Virus record (IMG/VR): IMGVR_UViG_3300033067_002100
Location: 1-50,685 of that record
DNA: 50,685 nt
Reading direction: 5' to 3' (one strand)
Origin: a virus
Lineage: Duplodnaviria > Caudoviricetes
Position 1 is the first letter of the stretch. Every line of letters begins with the position of its first letter. Under the pieces are notes generated by a model. That model made no database searches, had not been told where the DNA came from, and saw nothing but the letters and a program-made list of their open reading frames with translations. Made by a program: the position numbers and the translations under genes. Positions 10,046 through 20,086 of the stretch are shown one piece after another.

Positions 10046-10492
10046 ATGGCTTACCGACCACACGTTGGCGCTCGACAGACGCTTCGTGCAGCTGCGACCG
10101 CGATATCCACTAGCTTCGACTCAAGTCCGACAGAGGTTCTGGTTCAAAGCTGGAATCAAGTAACATTGCTCTGCACGCTGTCTCTAGCAACAGCTACGAG
10201 CGTAGAAATTGAAGTAGACTTTGCATCGCCTGCGCAAGGTCCCAATGGTGCAGAAATAGCCCCAGTTGCCGCTGATTGGTTCACGCGCGTGTATACAGAC
10301 ACGGCAGCAGCAACTGCGTCTACAGGCATAATGGTTGTTCCGACACGCAAGATGCAATTCTCACTTGTAGCATCCGGAAGCTACGAGATCCCTATTCCCG
10401 TCATGGCTCGCTACATGCGAGTGCGCGCAAAAACTACAGGTGGCCCGGGGGCAACGACTCTCGCTATCGTAGGCGTTGAAGGCTTAGCCTAA
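10046..10492 (+). CDS. Virion structural protein (beta-sandwich, possible fibre anchor)
   Basis: GGAG SD; beta-strand pattern ending ARYMRVRA; position after the capsid gene. Confidence 0.55.
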   Translation: MAYRPHVGARQTLRAAATAISTSFDSSPTEVLVQSWNQVTLLCTLSLATATSVEIEVDFASPAQGPNGAEIAPVAADWFTRVYTDTAAATASTGIMVVPTRKMQFSLVASGSYEIPIPVMARYMRVRAKTTGGPGATTLAIVGVEGLA

Positions 10493-10493
10493 C

Positions 10494-11609
10494 ATGTCAG
10501 GTTTCATACCATTCACCAGTAGTGGTGGAAGCGGCGGTTCCTCAATTGCAGACGTTCTGATTGATACGGAATATTTCGGTAACTACGACGACGGGGATTT
10601 GTCACCGTCCAGCGGCACAATAACGCTAAGTAGAGATCTGTACTACCGTGACTTAACTCCGACCGGAACTGCGAAGTTTATCATGAATGGTTTTGCCATT
10701 CGCTGCCGCACACTTGATATATCCAACGCGCCCGCTGACTGTTTCGTAAACATAGCTGGAGGCTCTGCCCCAGGATCTGGAACTGCAGGCGGCAATGGAA
10801 CGAATGCCGCAGTGGGCGTCGTCGGCAAATGGGGAAACGGAGGTTCCGGTACCAACGGCGGTAGCGGGAGTGCGACACCAACAGCTGGCACAAATAGCAA
10901 TTCACAATATTACGGCGGCTCACTCGGTGGGGCGGGCGGTATCGGTGGCGCCAACAATTCTGGTGCTGCTGGTGCTGCGGGCGGCGTTCCGACCGCGGCA
11001 CTGCCAAACAGTGGACAACAACGCGCAGATTTGAATTCGAACCCGATGACTACGTCGACGGTAGGCGACTACTTTCCTGGAGTATCTATAGGCGGATGTG
11101 GTGGTGGTGGTGGACACAACGGAACCACTAGTGGCAACGGTGGTGGTGCGGGTTCCGGAGGTCAGTCAGGCGGTAATATTGCCCTATTCGCGCGGACTCT
11201 GATTCGCAGTGCTTCGACCGCATCTGGGTGCATTAGAAGTACAGGCACCGTTGGTGGGTTGGGAGCGGACGGTACCACCGTCGCAAATCAAGGCGGAGGC
11301 GGCGGCGGAGGCGGAGGCGGAGCCGGTGGCGTTATTTACATCGTTTACCGAACCCTGTCTGGGACTACAGCAACGGACGCGATTCAATCGAATGGTGCCG
11401 CGGGCGGAGCGGGAGGAGCGGGAGGGGGCGCAGCAGCAATCGGGGGAACCGGTGGCACTGGCGGCGCGGGCGGCATAATCTATGTGGCAAACATAACAAC
11501 TGGAGCACTCACGCGAACAGCTGGTTCTGCAGGATCTGCCGCAGTCACAGCAACGCTGCAAGCAGGAACTGCGGGTGGAGCTGGCGGGACGTGTTCAGTA
11601 ACACTCTAG
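10494..11609 (+). CDS. Glycine-rich fibre/adhesin-like virion protein
   Basis: Repeated GGGGxGGxI(Y/A) glycine-loop units. Confidence 0.7.
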   Translation: MSGFIPFTSSGGSGGSSIADVLIDTEYFGNYDDGDLSPSSGTITLSRDLYYRDLTPTGTAKFIMNGFAIRCRTLDISNAPADCFVNIAGGSAPGSGTAGGNGTNAAVGVVGKWGNGGSGTNGGSGSATPTAGTNSNSQYYGGSLGGAGGIGGANNSGAAGAAGGVPTAALPNSGQQRADLNSNPMTTSTVGDYFPGVSIGGCGGGGGHNGTTSGNGGGAGSGGQSGGNIALFARTLIRSASTASGCIRSTGTVGGLGADGTTVANQGGGGGGGGGGAGGVIYIVYRTLSGTTATDAIQSNGAAGGAGGAGGGAAAIGGTGGTGGAGGIIYVANITTGALTRTAGSAGSAAVTATLQAGTAGGAGGTCSVTL

Positions 11610-11643
11610 GGCGACTTCGCATTGTCCAAGTGAATTAATAACA

Positions 11644-12456
11644 ATGACTAAGAATTATACCAGTGGTCTGAACTTTACTTGGCCGACTCTCGGCGACACG
11701 TCATGGGCGTCAACCGTAGATGCTGCACTCGCAGTTATTTCTGCCCATACACACGATGGCGCCGGTGGTGGCGCAGGATTAGCCGCAAACAGCGTAACCG
11801 GGACTAAAATCCTGCTCGCTAATAATAGTCCATTGCGCGCGTACAGTACTACGCTGGCGATCACCAATCTGCTACAGTACAACAGCTCCAACATTCTGGA
11901 GCTTCTGCAATCGACAACAATCAGTAACGGATATTTCGCCTTATCGTCATTCGACGCAGTGGTCGCTAGCGGTGCTCTTTCACTGAACACAGTCCTCACA
12001 GTTCTCAATGGAACGACACTCAGCATGACTTTGGCAGCTGGCGTACAGGGCCAAATTAAGCTTGTCGTTAATTCGAACTCTACCACCGCAACGGTCACCC
12101 CGTCGCCTACGGCGGGCGCAAACACTGTTGCGATTGGTCAGTACGGTGCAGCAATTTTCATATTCATGGACGGCGAGTGGAGGCCCTTCTGTACCTCCTC
12201 GGGCGCTACCCAGCTCACCGACGATTTTCAGGCTTTCTCAGCCGCAGGCACATGGTCTGGGAATACCAAGACTGTAATAGCAACCGGAACCACGTATACT
12301 ATTACTATGCCCGGAGCCTCGATTGAGGGACAAACGGTTCTAGTTAGAAACAGTGCATCTGGTTCTGTAACTTTTGGAGCGCAGGTCATGGGTCCAGGCA
12401 CTTATTACTTATATAGCTATTTGGGCGGCGCCTGGCGACGAACAGCATTAACTTAA
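11644..12456 (+). CDS. Virion fibre/adaptor protein
   Basis: HTHDG motif followed by two similar beta modules (TLAAGVQGQIKLVVN...GEW; TMPGASIEGQTVLVRN...GAW). Confidence 0.6.
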   Translation: MTKNYTSGLNFTWPTLGDTSWASTVDAALAVISAHTHDGAGGGAGLAANSVTGTKILLANNSPLRAYSTTLAITNLLQYNSSNILELLQSTTISNGYFALSSFDAVVASGALSLNTVLTVLNGTTLSMTLAAGVQGQIKLVVNSNSTTATVTPSPTAGANTVAIGQYGAAIFIFMDGEWRPFCTSSGATQLTDDFQAFSAAGTWSGNTKTVIATGTTYTITMPGASIEGQTVLVRNSASGSVTFGAQVMGPGTYYLYSYLGGAWRRTALT

Positions 12457-12510
12457 CATGTTGTTATATTTTTATCTTTTAATATTGTAACATTGAAGTA
12501 TAATACCATT
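12457..12510 (+). promoter_or_regulatory. AT-rich promoter, leaderless geometry
   Basis: Perfect TATAAT at 12499-12504, 6 nt, then ATG12511. Confidence 0.55.
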
Positions 12511-13104
12511 ATGATTTTGGCAGCACTATTTGTTCTCATTTCCGTTCCCGAGTCGGTTCTCCCGATCACGACGGCTGCTGGCAAAATTTCCGCAACGGGA
12601 GTTCTACTCGATAGGTTTACGGTATTGACAGCCGCGCACGCCGTTGGGCCGGAACGCACGGTTGTCTTTGTTACTTGCGGCACAAAAGAAATGGCCGGAG
12701 CCGTTAGTAAACGCGCGACCGCGCATGACCTCGCATTGGTCACACTCTATACTTCCTGTAATGAGGTTGCTGTAAGCCAGCTGGAAACAAACGACCCGGT
12801 TGAGGGCGATTCGATTGAAGTCGTCGGCTATCCAGCTCGAGAGCTAACGCATACCACGGGAACAGTGCGCGGCTACACGCTTCTTGCGCTAAAAAATTTC
12901 AAGTTGGGAAATGGAGTGTTCTGGCTTGCCATGATCCTTGGCGCCGACATTCGACCCGGCAACAGTGGCGGTGGAGTATATTCCCAAAATCACAGGTTAG
13001 TAGGGATTGTGCACGGTTTCAGTGAAACCATTCCGGGGAAACCTGGTGTCGCCGTTCCGCTCTCAGCCATCAATCAGTTCTTGACGTCCTCAGAGGAAAA
13101 TTAA
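12511..13104 (+). CDS. Trypsin-like serine protease (S1) with hydrophobic N-terminus
   Basis: Catalytic triad motifs LTAAH, DLAL and GNSGGG; alternative start TTG12493. Confidence 0.85.
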   Translation: MILAALFVLISVPESVLPITTAAGKISATGVLLDRFTVLTAAHAVGPERTVVFVTCGTKEMAGAVSKRATAHDLALVTLYTSCNEVAVSQLETNDPVEGDSIEVVGYPARELTHTTGTVRGYTLLALKNFKLGNGVFWLAMILGADIRPGNSGGGVYSQNHRLVGIVHGFSETIPGKPGVAVPLSAINQFLTSSEEN

Positions 13105-13430
13105 TGCTTCCACTTATCATTCCGGCCCTGATTGCAGCCGCTTCATCCGCGGCATCCGGTATTGCCGGCGCAGTTCAGCAAGGCGACGCTGCAAAAGCGA
13201 ACGCTGCGAACGCAGCTGCGGATCGTGCGGCACAACTAAAGATAGTTAAGATGCAGTTAGCTGCGCAGGCCGCCGATCAACTAAAGAATCAGCAACAGGC
13301 GGCGCAGCAAGGACTTGCTGGTCTCTATCAACAGAAGGCCAGCACTGCACAAGACATCGCCCAGAGGCAGACCGCTGCGAACGATGATGCAATGAACTCA
13401 ATCTCGCGTGCATATCTGCAGAGGCACTAG
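13104..13430 (+). CDS. Ala/Gln-rich internal virion (ejection) protein
   Basis: Hydrophobic Gly/Ala N-terminus plus Gln-rich coil; TAATG overlap. Confidence 0.55.
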   Translation: MLPLIIPALIAAASSAASGIAGAVQQGDAAKANAANAAADRAAQLKIVKMQLAAQAADQLKNQQQAAQQGLAGLYQQKASTAQDIAQRQTAANDDAMNSISRAYLQRH

Positions 13431-13879
13431 TGGCGAACGAATACGATCCGTATTTTCGGTATATGAGCGGAGAGACCGGACCGCTCGACCCGCACGCAGC
13501 ATACATGAGGTCGCTCGACACTCGTGCGTCGGGACCAAGGGCCGCATCCGCAGCGAGTCCGGCAACTGGTGCCATTGTTGGTGCAGGTATCGGAGCTGCT
13601 GGACAGACTATCGGTACAATCGCTCAGATCATGGGGCAGTCAGCTGCTCGCCAATCTGCTCTTGAACAGGCCGGTCTTGGTCGTGAGAGCGACTCACGAC
13701 TCGCTAAGCTGAGAATCCAAGCGGCGACTGAACTGGCTGACAAAGAGCGAGCAATGCAAGCACAGCAATTTCTCATTCAAGCACTAGGTCTCGGAACAAG
13801 CAACGCAATACGCGCGTGGGACAGCAACCGCAGCGCAAATCAAGCTGGCTCGTCGCTCATCGCGCAAGCCTTTATGTAG
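13430..13879 (+). CDS. Ala/Gly-rich internal virion protein
   Basis: GAIVGAGIGAAG glycine-zipper-like segment; TAGTG overlap. Confidence 0.5.
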   Translation: MANEYDPYFRYMSGETGPLDPHAAYMRSLDTRASGPRAASAASPATGAIVGAGIGAAGQTIGTIAQIMGQSAARQSALEQAGLGRESDSRLAKLRIQAATELADKERAMQAQQFLIQALGLGTSNAIRAWDSNRSANQAGSSLIAQAFM

Positions 13880-13891
13880 GAAAAACAAAAC

Positions 13892-14200
13892 ATGGCAGGT
13901 ATGTACGACGAAGCAATGGAATCTCTGGAAGACGGAGATGCGGCAGCCCCCGCAGTAACGGGAGAAATGGATATCGGTAAGATCAGCGAAATGCTGAGCG
14001 AGATCGCCGACAAAATCGCCATGCTCCAACAAGTTCTGCCAGCTGCGAAAGCTCAAACAGTCGCCGAGACTGTCGATGCGGCAACCGGCGAGCAGGAAGA
14101 CGCCGAGGATCCGGGCAGGGATTCGGAGGTTGCTGCAGATGATGGTAAATCTCTCGCCAAGTCGCGCGCTGCCGCCATGATCGCGAAGCAACTCGGTTAG
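13892..14200 (+). CDS. Acidic hypothetical protein
   Basis: AGGA SD; in the structural operon. Confidence 0.6.
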   Translation: MAGMYDEAMESLEDGDAAAPAVTGEMDIGKISEMLSEIADKIAMLQQVLPAAKAQTVAETVDAATGEQEDAEDPGRDSEVAADDGKSLAKSRAAAMIAKQLG

Positions 14201-14230
14201 TAGTCCCTCCCTTCTTTCAGGACCCCTCAC

Positions 14231-15175
14231 ATGGCTGCAATTCGAAGAGCGGACCTACTCCTCCGCGATGTACAATACCAAGTCGGAGACGTCGCCTACT
14301 CTGCTACAACGGGCATCAGGAAAGCGGAATTGGTTCGCTACCTCAACGATGCGCAGACGACGATATATAACAAGCTTCTGAACTGTCACAGCTCGCTGTA
14401 CACCCGAGCTGAAACGCTGGGAGTGACGGCAGGGATCGCCGAGTACTCCATTCCTACTGCCGTCCACAGCACCGCAAATATCGTCAAAATCGACTACAGC
14501 TTCGATTCAAATCCGATTAATTATGTCACGCTTGATCTTCGGTCACCAAGGCAAGAAGTCTCCGTGGTCGCCTTTCCAACCGCGTACTTTCTTAGAAACG
14601 GTAAGATCGTACTCACACCGATTCCTTCGCAAACCAGTGCGGCCGCGCTCAGAATAAATTATCAGTACATTCTTCCTGACCTGGATATCCGACGAGGTCT
14701 AGTTACTGCGCACGATGCTAACAGCATAACACTCGCGCTTAACACCACGCTGCTTCAAGAGTCTCAGGACGACCTAACTAATGGGTTTGTTGATTACGTA
14801 TGCGTGGTCGACAAACTGGGCAACGTGCTTGCCCGCGGCCTCCCTGTAAGTGGCTACACGAGCAGCACACAAGTGATTTCTTCAACTCTGACCGCGTCGG
14901 ACATCGCCGCCATCATTGATGGTAGCAGCTATGTAGTTTTCGGTGAATATTCCTCAACGCACTCGCAACTGTTGCCGATATGCGAACGTTACCTCACGCA
15001 CGGAACAGCGTTGCTAGCTCAGATGCGCGACAGCAACTCGGAGGCGGTCGCCACCAGTCCACTTCTGCAATCAATTGAAGCGGAGATTCTCGCGAGTGTC
15101 CAAGAGTTGGAAGAGGACCTAACCGCGATACCAATTCTCGACTACACGATGTTGAACTACGATCAGGATTTGTAA
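14231..15175 (+). CDS. Head-tail adaptor (tail tubular protein A-like)
   Basis: ELVRYLNDAQ, AEYSIP and LTPIP motifs typical of podovirus adaptors; precedes the nozzle. Confidence 0.75.
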   Translation: MAAIRRADLLLRDVQYQVGDVAYSATTGIRKAELVRYLNDAQTTIYNKLLNCHSSLYTRAETLGVTAGIAEYSIPTAVHSTANIVKIDYSFDSNPINYVTLDLRSPRQEVSVVAFPTAYFLRNGKIVLTPIPSQTSAAALRINYQYILPDLDIRRGLVTAHDANSITLALNTTLLQESQDDLTNGFVDYVCVVDKLGNVLARGLPVSGYTSSTQVISSTLTASDIAAIIDGSSYVVFGEYSSTHSQLLPICERYLTHGTALLAQMRDSNSEAVATSPLLQSIEAEILASVQELEEDLTAIPILDYTMLNYDQDL

Positions 15176-15177
15176 GC

Positions 15178-17808
15178 ATGCCGAGAAATAGAAGCGTACC
15201 GGCTCCTTACGAAAAACAAGTTGACTCTCCCCTACCGGAGCCACGCACTGACAGTGCAGTTAACTATGTCCAAATACCTGAGAATATCCTCTGGAACTCT
15301 GACAACCGCGGCTTCACAAAACGGCCAGGAAGTCTCACTGTTGCTCAGGTAACGAGTGGTGGAACTGCACCAGTTCGCGTTTCAGGACTTGTTGCGACGA
15401 AGACACCGAGCTCAGTACTAGCCGTTAACAACTCCAATTTTTCTGTCGGCTCAGTAGCTTGCGACCCAACTACCGTCTTAGTTCGCAAATCTAGTGTATA
15501 TGCTGGATTCGGTATCACTGATTGGGCGAATGACTTTTCTCCCATCAGCCGACTGTCGAAGATCTTAGCAATCGATTTGCCTGACAACTACTTCTTCACA
15601 CGCGCGGTCTACGACAACACTGCATCTAAATATGGGTTTTCGATCCTGTTCGAAGGACAAACCCTGTATGACTATACAGATACGATTGCGTCTGCTGTAC
15701 CTGCCACAGCGCGATATACAGATTTCGGCCAACAAAACTTACCGATAACCTACCTAAACGTCGACAGCCTAATACAGGATCGGGCCGTCGTTGGGTCAAC
15801 GCGCTCCGCGATGGTTTGCTTCCCCAGGGAAGTAGCACCACCTCCAACAGATCTTAGTTATGGCACACCCGGCAACGTAGCCCGCACAGATTTTGCTAGC
15901 CTCGGAGAAGGCACATTTATGGGCGGCGGCGGCGGTTTACTTCAGTATTTTGATGGATTCCGTTTGGCACGCGCTGGCGTTGGCAATGCAGTAATAAACA
16001 GTGCTGGCCCGGGAGCAGCTGGAGTACTTACCGGTACTTACCAGTATTTCGTCACTCAGGTCATAAGGTTGCCATCTGGTGAAGTCATCGAAGGGGATGC
16101 GAGCCCTATCGTTTCTGCGTCGCCAGCCGCTCAGACCGTACAAGTGAACATGTCATTTGCTACTGGGGGCGGTGGCGAGCCTGGCTACAATGCAACCTCG
16201 TACTCCACGACTATAGGTGGAGTTTCTACAGGCACATTCACCGCGTTCCCTACTGATTCAGGCGGTACAATTAGCAGTGCAAGTGCAGCCATCCTCAAAC
16301 TAGAACCCGGGCAACCGCTCGTTTTTGAGGTTAACGGTATCTGTCGTTCTGGTTATCAAATTGGCAGCATCAGCGGAAACACGATCACGCTTTCCGGTGC
16401 CGGAACTGTAGTGCCATTCACGTCCGCGACCGTGAACATCAGCACCGGCTCTTCGTGGAGATTGTATCGTACGAAGGCAGGCGGGAGCATCTTCTATCAA
16501 CTAGCGGAATTTGCTGGGCCACGCTCCGGAAAAACGTACGTCGATAACAAAGCAGATAGCTCGTTAGTCACTCAGTACACGTCGACTGCAACAACTAGAC
16601 AGGGTTCACCGGCTGGAGTGCAGGCTATGACACTGCATCAAGGCCGAATCTTCTGCCTAGTGACCAACACCTCTACAAGTATCCCTACTGAGTATTCCGT
16701 CGCCTCTTCAGCAACGTCAACGCGGGTGATGTATAGCAGTTCACTCAGTCGACACTATTTCCCGACGGCCAATAGTTTCGATCTACCCGATGACGCCGGT
16801 AACCCAAGAGGTTTGGTCAGCATCAACGACACGTTGTACATATTCACAGACAAGAAGATCTTTTACACCCAAGGCACCTTCGACGACGCTTCCACATTCA
16901 CATTGAACCTGTTGACCAGCAAGCTTGGATGCCGAGATGCCCGCTCAGTAGTGTCGTATGGGCATCAAATTCTGTTTGTTACTGATCGTGGATTGGTATC
17001 GCTGCAAGGCACGACGATAGACGAGGAAATCGGTAAGCCAATTAACAAGCTTATTGGGAAAGATACGATCACCGCTTCTTACGTTTGGAATGCACAAAAT
17101 CTACTAATGCTCGCGGTTGCCAATCGTAAGTTCGTGAATACGTACAGCACGGGCACAACAGCCACTAGATTCAATGACGCACTCTACAGCACAAACGATG
17201 TCACAACCCAATCAGTAGACACCCGCGGCGCCTACACTCTGGTTTACGATTTAGATTCTGGCAGGTGGGCGAAATGGTCCATTAATTGCTTCAATGGTGG
17301 ATGCGAGTTGGATCGCGACTTCCTGTTTACGGGCGGTGAAGACCCATCTGCAATTCGCGCCTCCATTCGTCGCCTAAGTCTGAACAACAACTGGACAGAC
17401 GACGGTGTTGCTTTCACGTCCCGCTACTACAGCCAGTGGTACGATGCAGGAATCCCTTCAGTCGACAAATCGTTCAACAGAGCGCAAATTTTCTCAACCG
17501 ATACATTGGAGGCTGGAGGCCAAAATTTCCGACTGCAGTTCAGTACGGAAAGAGATTGGCAACCGGGGCTAACCGTCGACAGTTCCACCATTGACGATTT
17601 CAAATATCAACACGGCTACTCTGAGCAACCATACAGTTTTCAAGCTTACGGAGACCCTCAACTTGCGCAGAAGGTCATTCCACTGAGCAATCAAAAGGCG
17701 AAATCTTTACGCTTAGTAATCGAAAATTCTGAGCCAAATCGCAACATCGCAATCAACGCTACCGACATAGAAATCAATCCAAAATACGTAAACATGAAGG
17801 ACGAGTAA
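15178..17808 (+). CDS. Tail nozzle / stabilization protein (P22 gp10 / tubular B-like)
   Basis: 876 aa beta-rich protein; N-terminal KRPG, HQGRIF, LGC..SV, LVYD...WAKW, C-terminal KSLRLVIEN. Confidence 0.8.
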   Translation: MPRNRSVPAPYEKQVDSPLPEPRTDSAVNYVQIPENILWNSDNRGFTKRPGSLTVAQVTSGGTAPVRVSGLVATKTPSSVLAVNNSNFSVGSVACDPTTVLVRKSSVYAGFGITDWANDFSPISRLSKILAIDLPDNYFFTRAVYDNTASKYGFSILFEGQTLYDYTDTIASAVPATARYTDFGQQNLPITYLNVDSLIQDRAVVGSTRSAMVCFPREVAPPPTDLSYGTPGNVARTDFASLGEGTFMGGGGGLLQYFDGFRLARAGVGNAVINSAGPGAAGVLTGTYQYFVTQVIRLPSGEVIEGDASPIVSASPAAQTVQVNMSFATGGGGEPGYNATSYSTTIGGVSTGTFTAFPTDSGGTISSASAAILKLEPGQPLVFEVNGICRSGYQIGSISGNTITLSGAGTVVPFTSATVNISTGSSWRLYRTKAGGSIFYQLAEFAGPRSGKTYVDNKADSSLVTQYTSTATTRQGSPAGVQAMTLHQGRIFCLVTNTSTSIPTEYSVASSATSTRVMYSSSLSRHYFPTANSFDLPDDAGNPRGLVSINDTLYIFTDKKIFYTQGTFDDASTFTLNLLTSKLGCRDARSVVSYGHQILFVTDRGLVSLQGTTIDEEIGKPINKLIGKDTITASYVWNAQNLLMLAVANRKFVNTYSTGTTATRFNDALYSTNDVTTQSVDTRGAYTLVYDLDSGRWAKWSINCFNGGCELDRDFLFTGGEDPSAIRASIRRLSLNNNWTDDGVAFTSRYYSQWYDAGIPSVDKSFNRAQIFSTDTLEAGGQNFRLQFSTERDWQPGLTVDSSTIDDFKYQHGYSEQPYSFQAYGDPQLAQKVIPLSNQKAKSLRLVIENSEPNRNIAINATDIEINPKYVNMKDE

Positions 17809-17814
17809 GACCTA

Positions 17815-19203
17815 ATGGCAACCAAATTAGTAAGGCGCGGAGGTGAGTTAGTACCCATTGAGGTGTCTGACTCGGCGAGCCCAGCAACCGCAAAAGTAAG
17901 CTCCGGACTCACCCCTAAAGCGACGTTAGCCGGCCCTCCGCCTGCAAAAGTCAGTCCGCCCGCGACGGCCGCGGCCACCCAACCCCCGGCCGCAGATCGC
18001 TACCAACAAGACCTGTCCCAAGCCAACGATATTGCTAAGGGCATGCTTGCAGGCAACCAGTCGGCGCAAATTACAGACCCTCACGCGCAAGAAAATCAGC
18101 AGTACTTGGATCTGCTTAAATCTCGTCTCGGTGGGCTCGATTCCAAAGAGATGCTCGCCGCAAAAGAGCAAGAGCTGTCCGATCTAGACCATCAAACTGC
18201 CCAAAATTTAGAACGCTATGCCTCCATCGCCGGAAGCAGTGGAGTTGATGGCGGAGCAAGAGCTGCACTCCTGGGTCGCGCCCTGCAGCAAGACAACGAA
18301 GGCCATGCTGCACTGCAACGTCAGTTAATTACTGACAACATCGCCGCGAAGGATCGGGCTGCACAAGTCTACGGCGGTGCGCTGTCCTCGGCCACCAATA
18401 CCGGTCTCGACATTAACAAATACAATGCTGGTGCAAAGGATCGTGACACTGGACTTGCACTATCTCTCCCGTTCGATATTCAAAGCGGAATTGGTGGATA
18501 CCGAGCACAAGACGCTGCAGACAAGGCAAACGCGGAGCAAACCCAGCTAGCTAAGGAAGCCTTAAAGAATCTTGCACCAAAAGCTCCCGCTGCGACGACA
18601 GTAGCTGCAACAAATGCAAACACGAAATTCGATGAGAAATACGGCGCGTCACCGGTAGGGTCAGCGACCTTAGCGGTAAGCAGAAACGGGCAGCAGATTG
18701 ATGGCGAAAGCGCGAAGGAAATGCCATCGGTTAGATACCAATTAGAGAGGGGGTTGGACCCTTTCAACCTGACTCCAGATCAGCGCGCAAAGCTAAACAA
18801 GGACCCAGGATTTCAGGAAGCACAAAAGAAAGACGCAGCATTGGGGTACTCCTACGGTCTCCCCCCAAAGGCTACGATCGTTTGCACAGAAAGCCACCGA
18901 CAGGGACTCATTTCTGATTCCGAATACCGTCTCACTAAAGCTTACGGCTCAAGAAAGCTCTCTGCTTCGCAGTATGCTGCCTACATCTCCTGGGCGACTC
19001 CAATAGTGGCACTAATGCGGAAAAATGGTGCGTTCTCTCGTGTGGTGGGCGCGTTTGTCCGCGTGCAGATTGGTGCGATGCGCGCCGAACTAGCAGGAGA
19101 CAAATCTCCGCTTATTGGCAAACTCGCACTCAGCGTGTTCAAGGCCATGAATTTTCTCTTTGAAAAGAAGGCTGCATGGCAGACCCAAAATACGATCTCC
19201 TAA
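17815..19203 (+). CDS. Internal virion/ejection protein with a Cys-led C-terminal domain
   Basis: Ala/Gln-rich helical body; C-terminal IVCTESHRQG...YG...Y.SWA.PIV.LM domain. Confidence 0.6.
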   Translation: MATKLVRRGGELVPIEVSDSASPATAKVSSGLTPKATLAGPPPAKVSPPATAAATQPPAADRYQQDLSQANDIAKGMLAGNQSAQITDPHAQENQQYLDLLKSRLGGLDSKEMLAAKEQELSDLDHQTAQNLERYASIAGSSGVDGGARAALLGRALQQDNEGHAALQRQLITDNIAAKDRAAQVYGGALSSATNTGLDINKYNAGAKDRDTGLALSLPFDIQSGIGGYRAQDAADKANAEQTQLAKEALKNLAPKAPAATTVAATNANTKFDEKYGASPVGSATLAVSRNGQQIDGESAKEMPSVRYQLERGLDPFNLTPDQRAKLNKDPGFQEAQKKDAALGYSYGLPPKATIVCTESHRQGLISDSEYRLTKAYGSRKLSASQYAAYISWATPIVALMRKNGAFSRVVGAFVRVQIGAMRAELAGDKSPLIGKLALSVFKAMNFLFEKKAAWQTQNTIS

Positions 19204-20084
19204 ACCAGGTTCAGTACTGGGTTCAGGACCCACGGTCTCCGATTCTCAAGGAGATGAGAGCACAGCTAGCGCCGTTGGAGAAACGCGCTGCAGCCCTCGA
19301 TGAAAGCTCGCCCGAGTTCGCCAAACTAAACGCTGAGTACCAAAAGCAAGCCGCATCTTTCCTGCTGAATAGGATGCAGAAAGAATTCGGCGGCTCCTTC
19401 CCTGACCGTAAAAGTGCTGAGGACTTCGACTTTGCGCAACGATCGAACGGCGACAAAGAGGCAGAGAAGCTCCTACGTGAGAAGTCTGAAGCGCCGTACT
19501 CCAATGCATACAGCGTACTAGAACAGCTTCAACAAGTGGCCGGGGTAAAACCGTCCGATGTTCTTCCTACAGCAACTCCAACGTCGCTAACCGAGCCCGG
19601 TGCACCAACTAAATTAGCTACCCAACCGGCGCCGCGGCCGCCCAAACGCATACCCTCAAAACCCGACGCAACGGATGATGAAAAGCTGTCGGAAACCCAG
19701 CTCGCGTTGCTCAATGGCATTGCGCAACAGATTGGCGGTTGGAAAAACACCCCGCAAACGCTCGATGAAGTAGATGACCCTTCGCTCCAAGAGCGACTCC
19801 CTTACGTTCCGAAGGAAGCCCCAGAGCGCAACAATCTTCCTGTCGAACAACGCGCAATGGAAGACTACAAGCAAGCGTTCGATCAGCACGAGATGAACAC
19901 TGGCGATAGCGAAAGCGAGCAAGGTCCGACATACAGTCGTATGCCTCTGCCACCAGGCTGGGTGCGCAATCCTGCCGGTCTCCCCATTACGGCTCCAGGG
20001 CAGGACAATGGTCAGAGCAAAGAAGCGATTGAGCAGCAAATTCGCGCCAACATGATGCGAATGCTCAGACAGGAAGCAGAGTAA
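19176..20084 (+). CDS. Probable internal virion protein
   Basis: In the ejection block; helical N-terminus and Pro-rich C-terminus (PLPPGW). Confidence 0.5.
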   Translation: MADPKYDLLNQVQYWVQDPRSPILKEMRAQLAPLEKRAAALDESSPEFAKLNAEYQKQAASFLLNRMQKEFGGSFPDRKSAEDFDFAQRSNGDKEAEKLLREKSEAPYSNAYSVLEQLQQVAGVKPSDVLPTATPTSLTEPGAPTKLATQPAPRPPKRIPSKPDATDDEKLSETQLALLNGIAQQIGGWKNTPQTLDEVDDPSLQERLPYVPKEAPERNNLPVEQRAMEDYKQAFDQHEMNTGDSESEQGPTYSRMPLPPGWVRNPAGLPITAPGQDNGQSKEAIEQQIRANMMRMLRQEAE

Positions 20085-20086
20085 GT

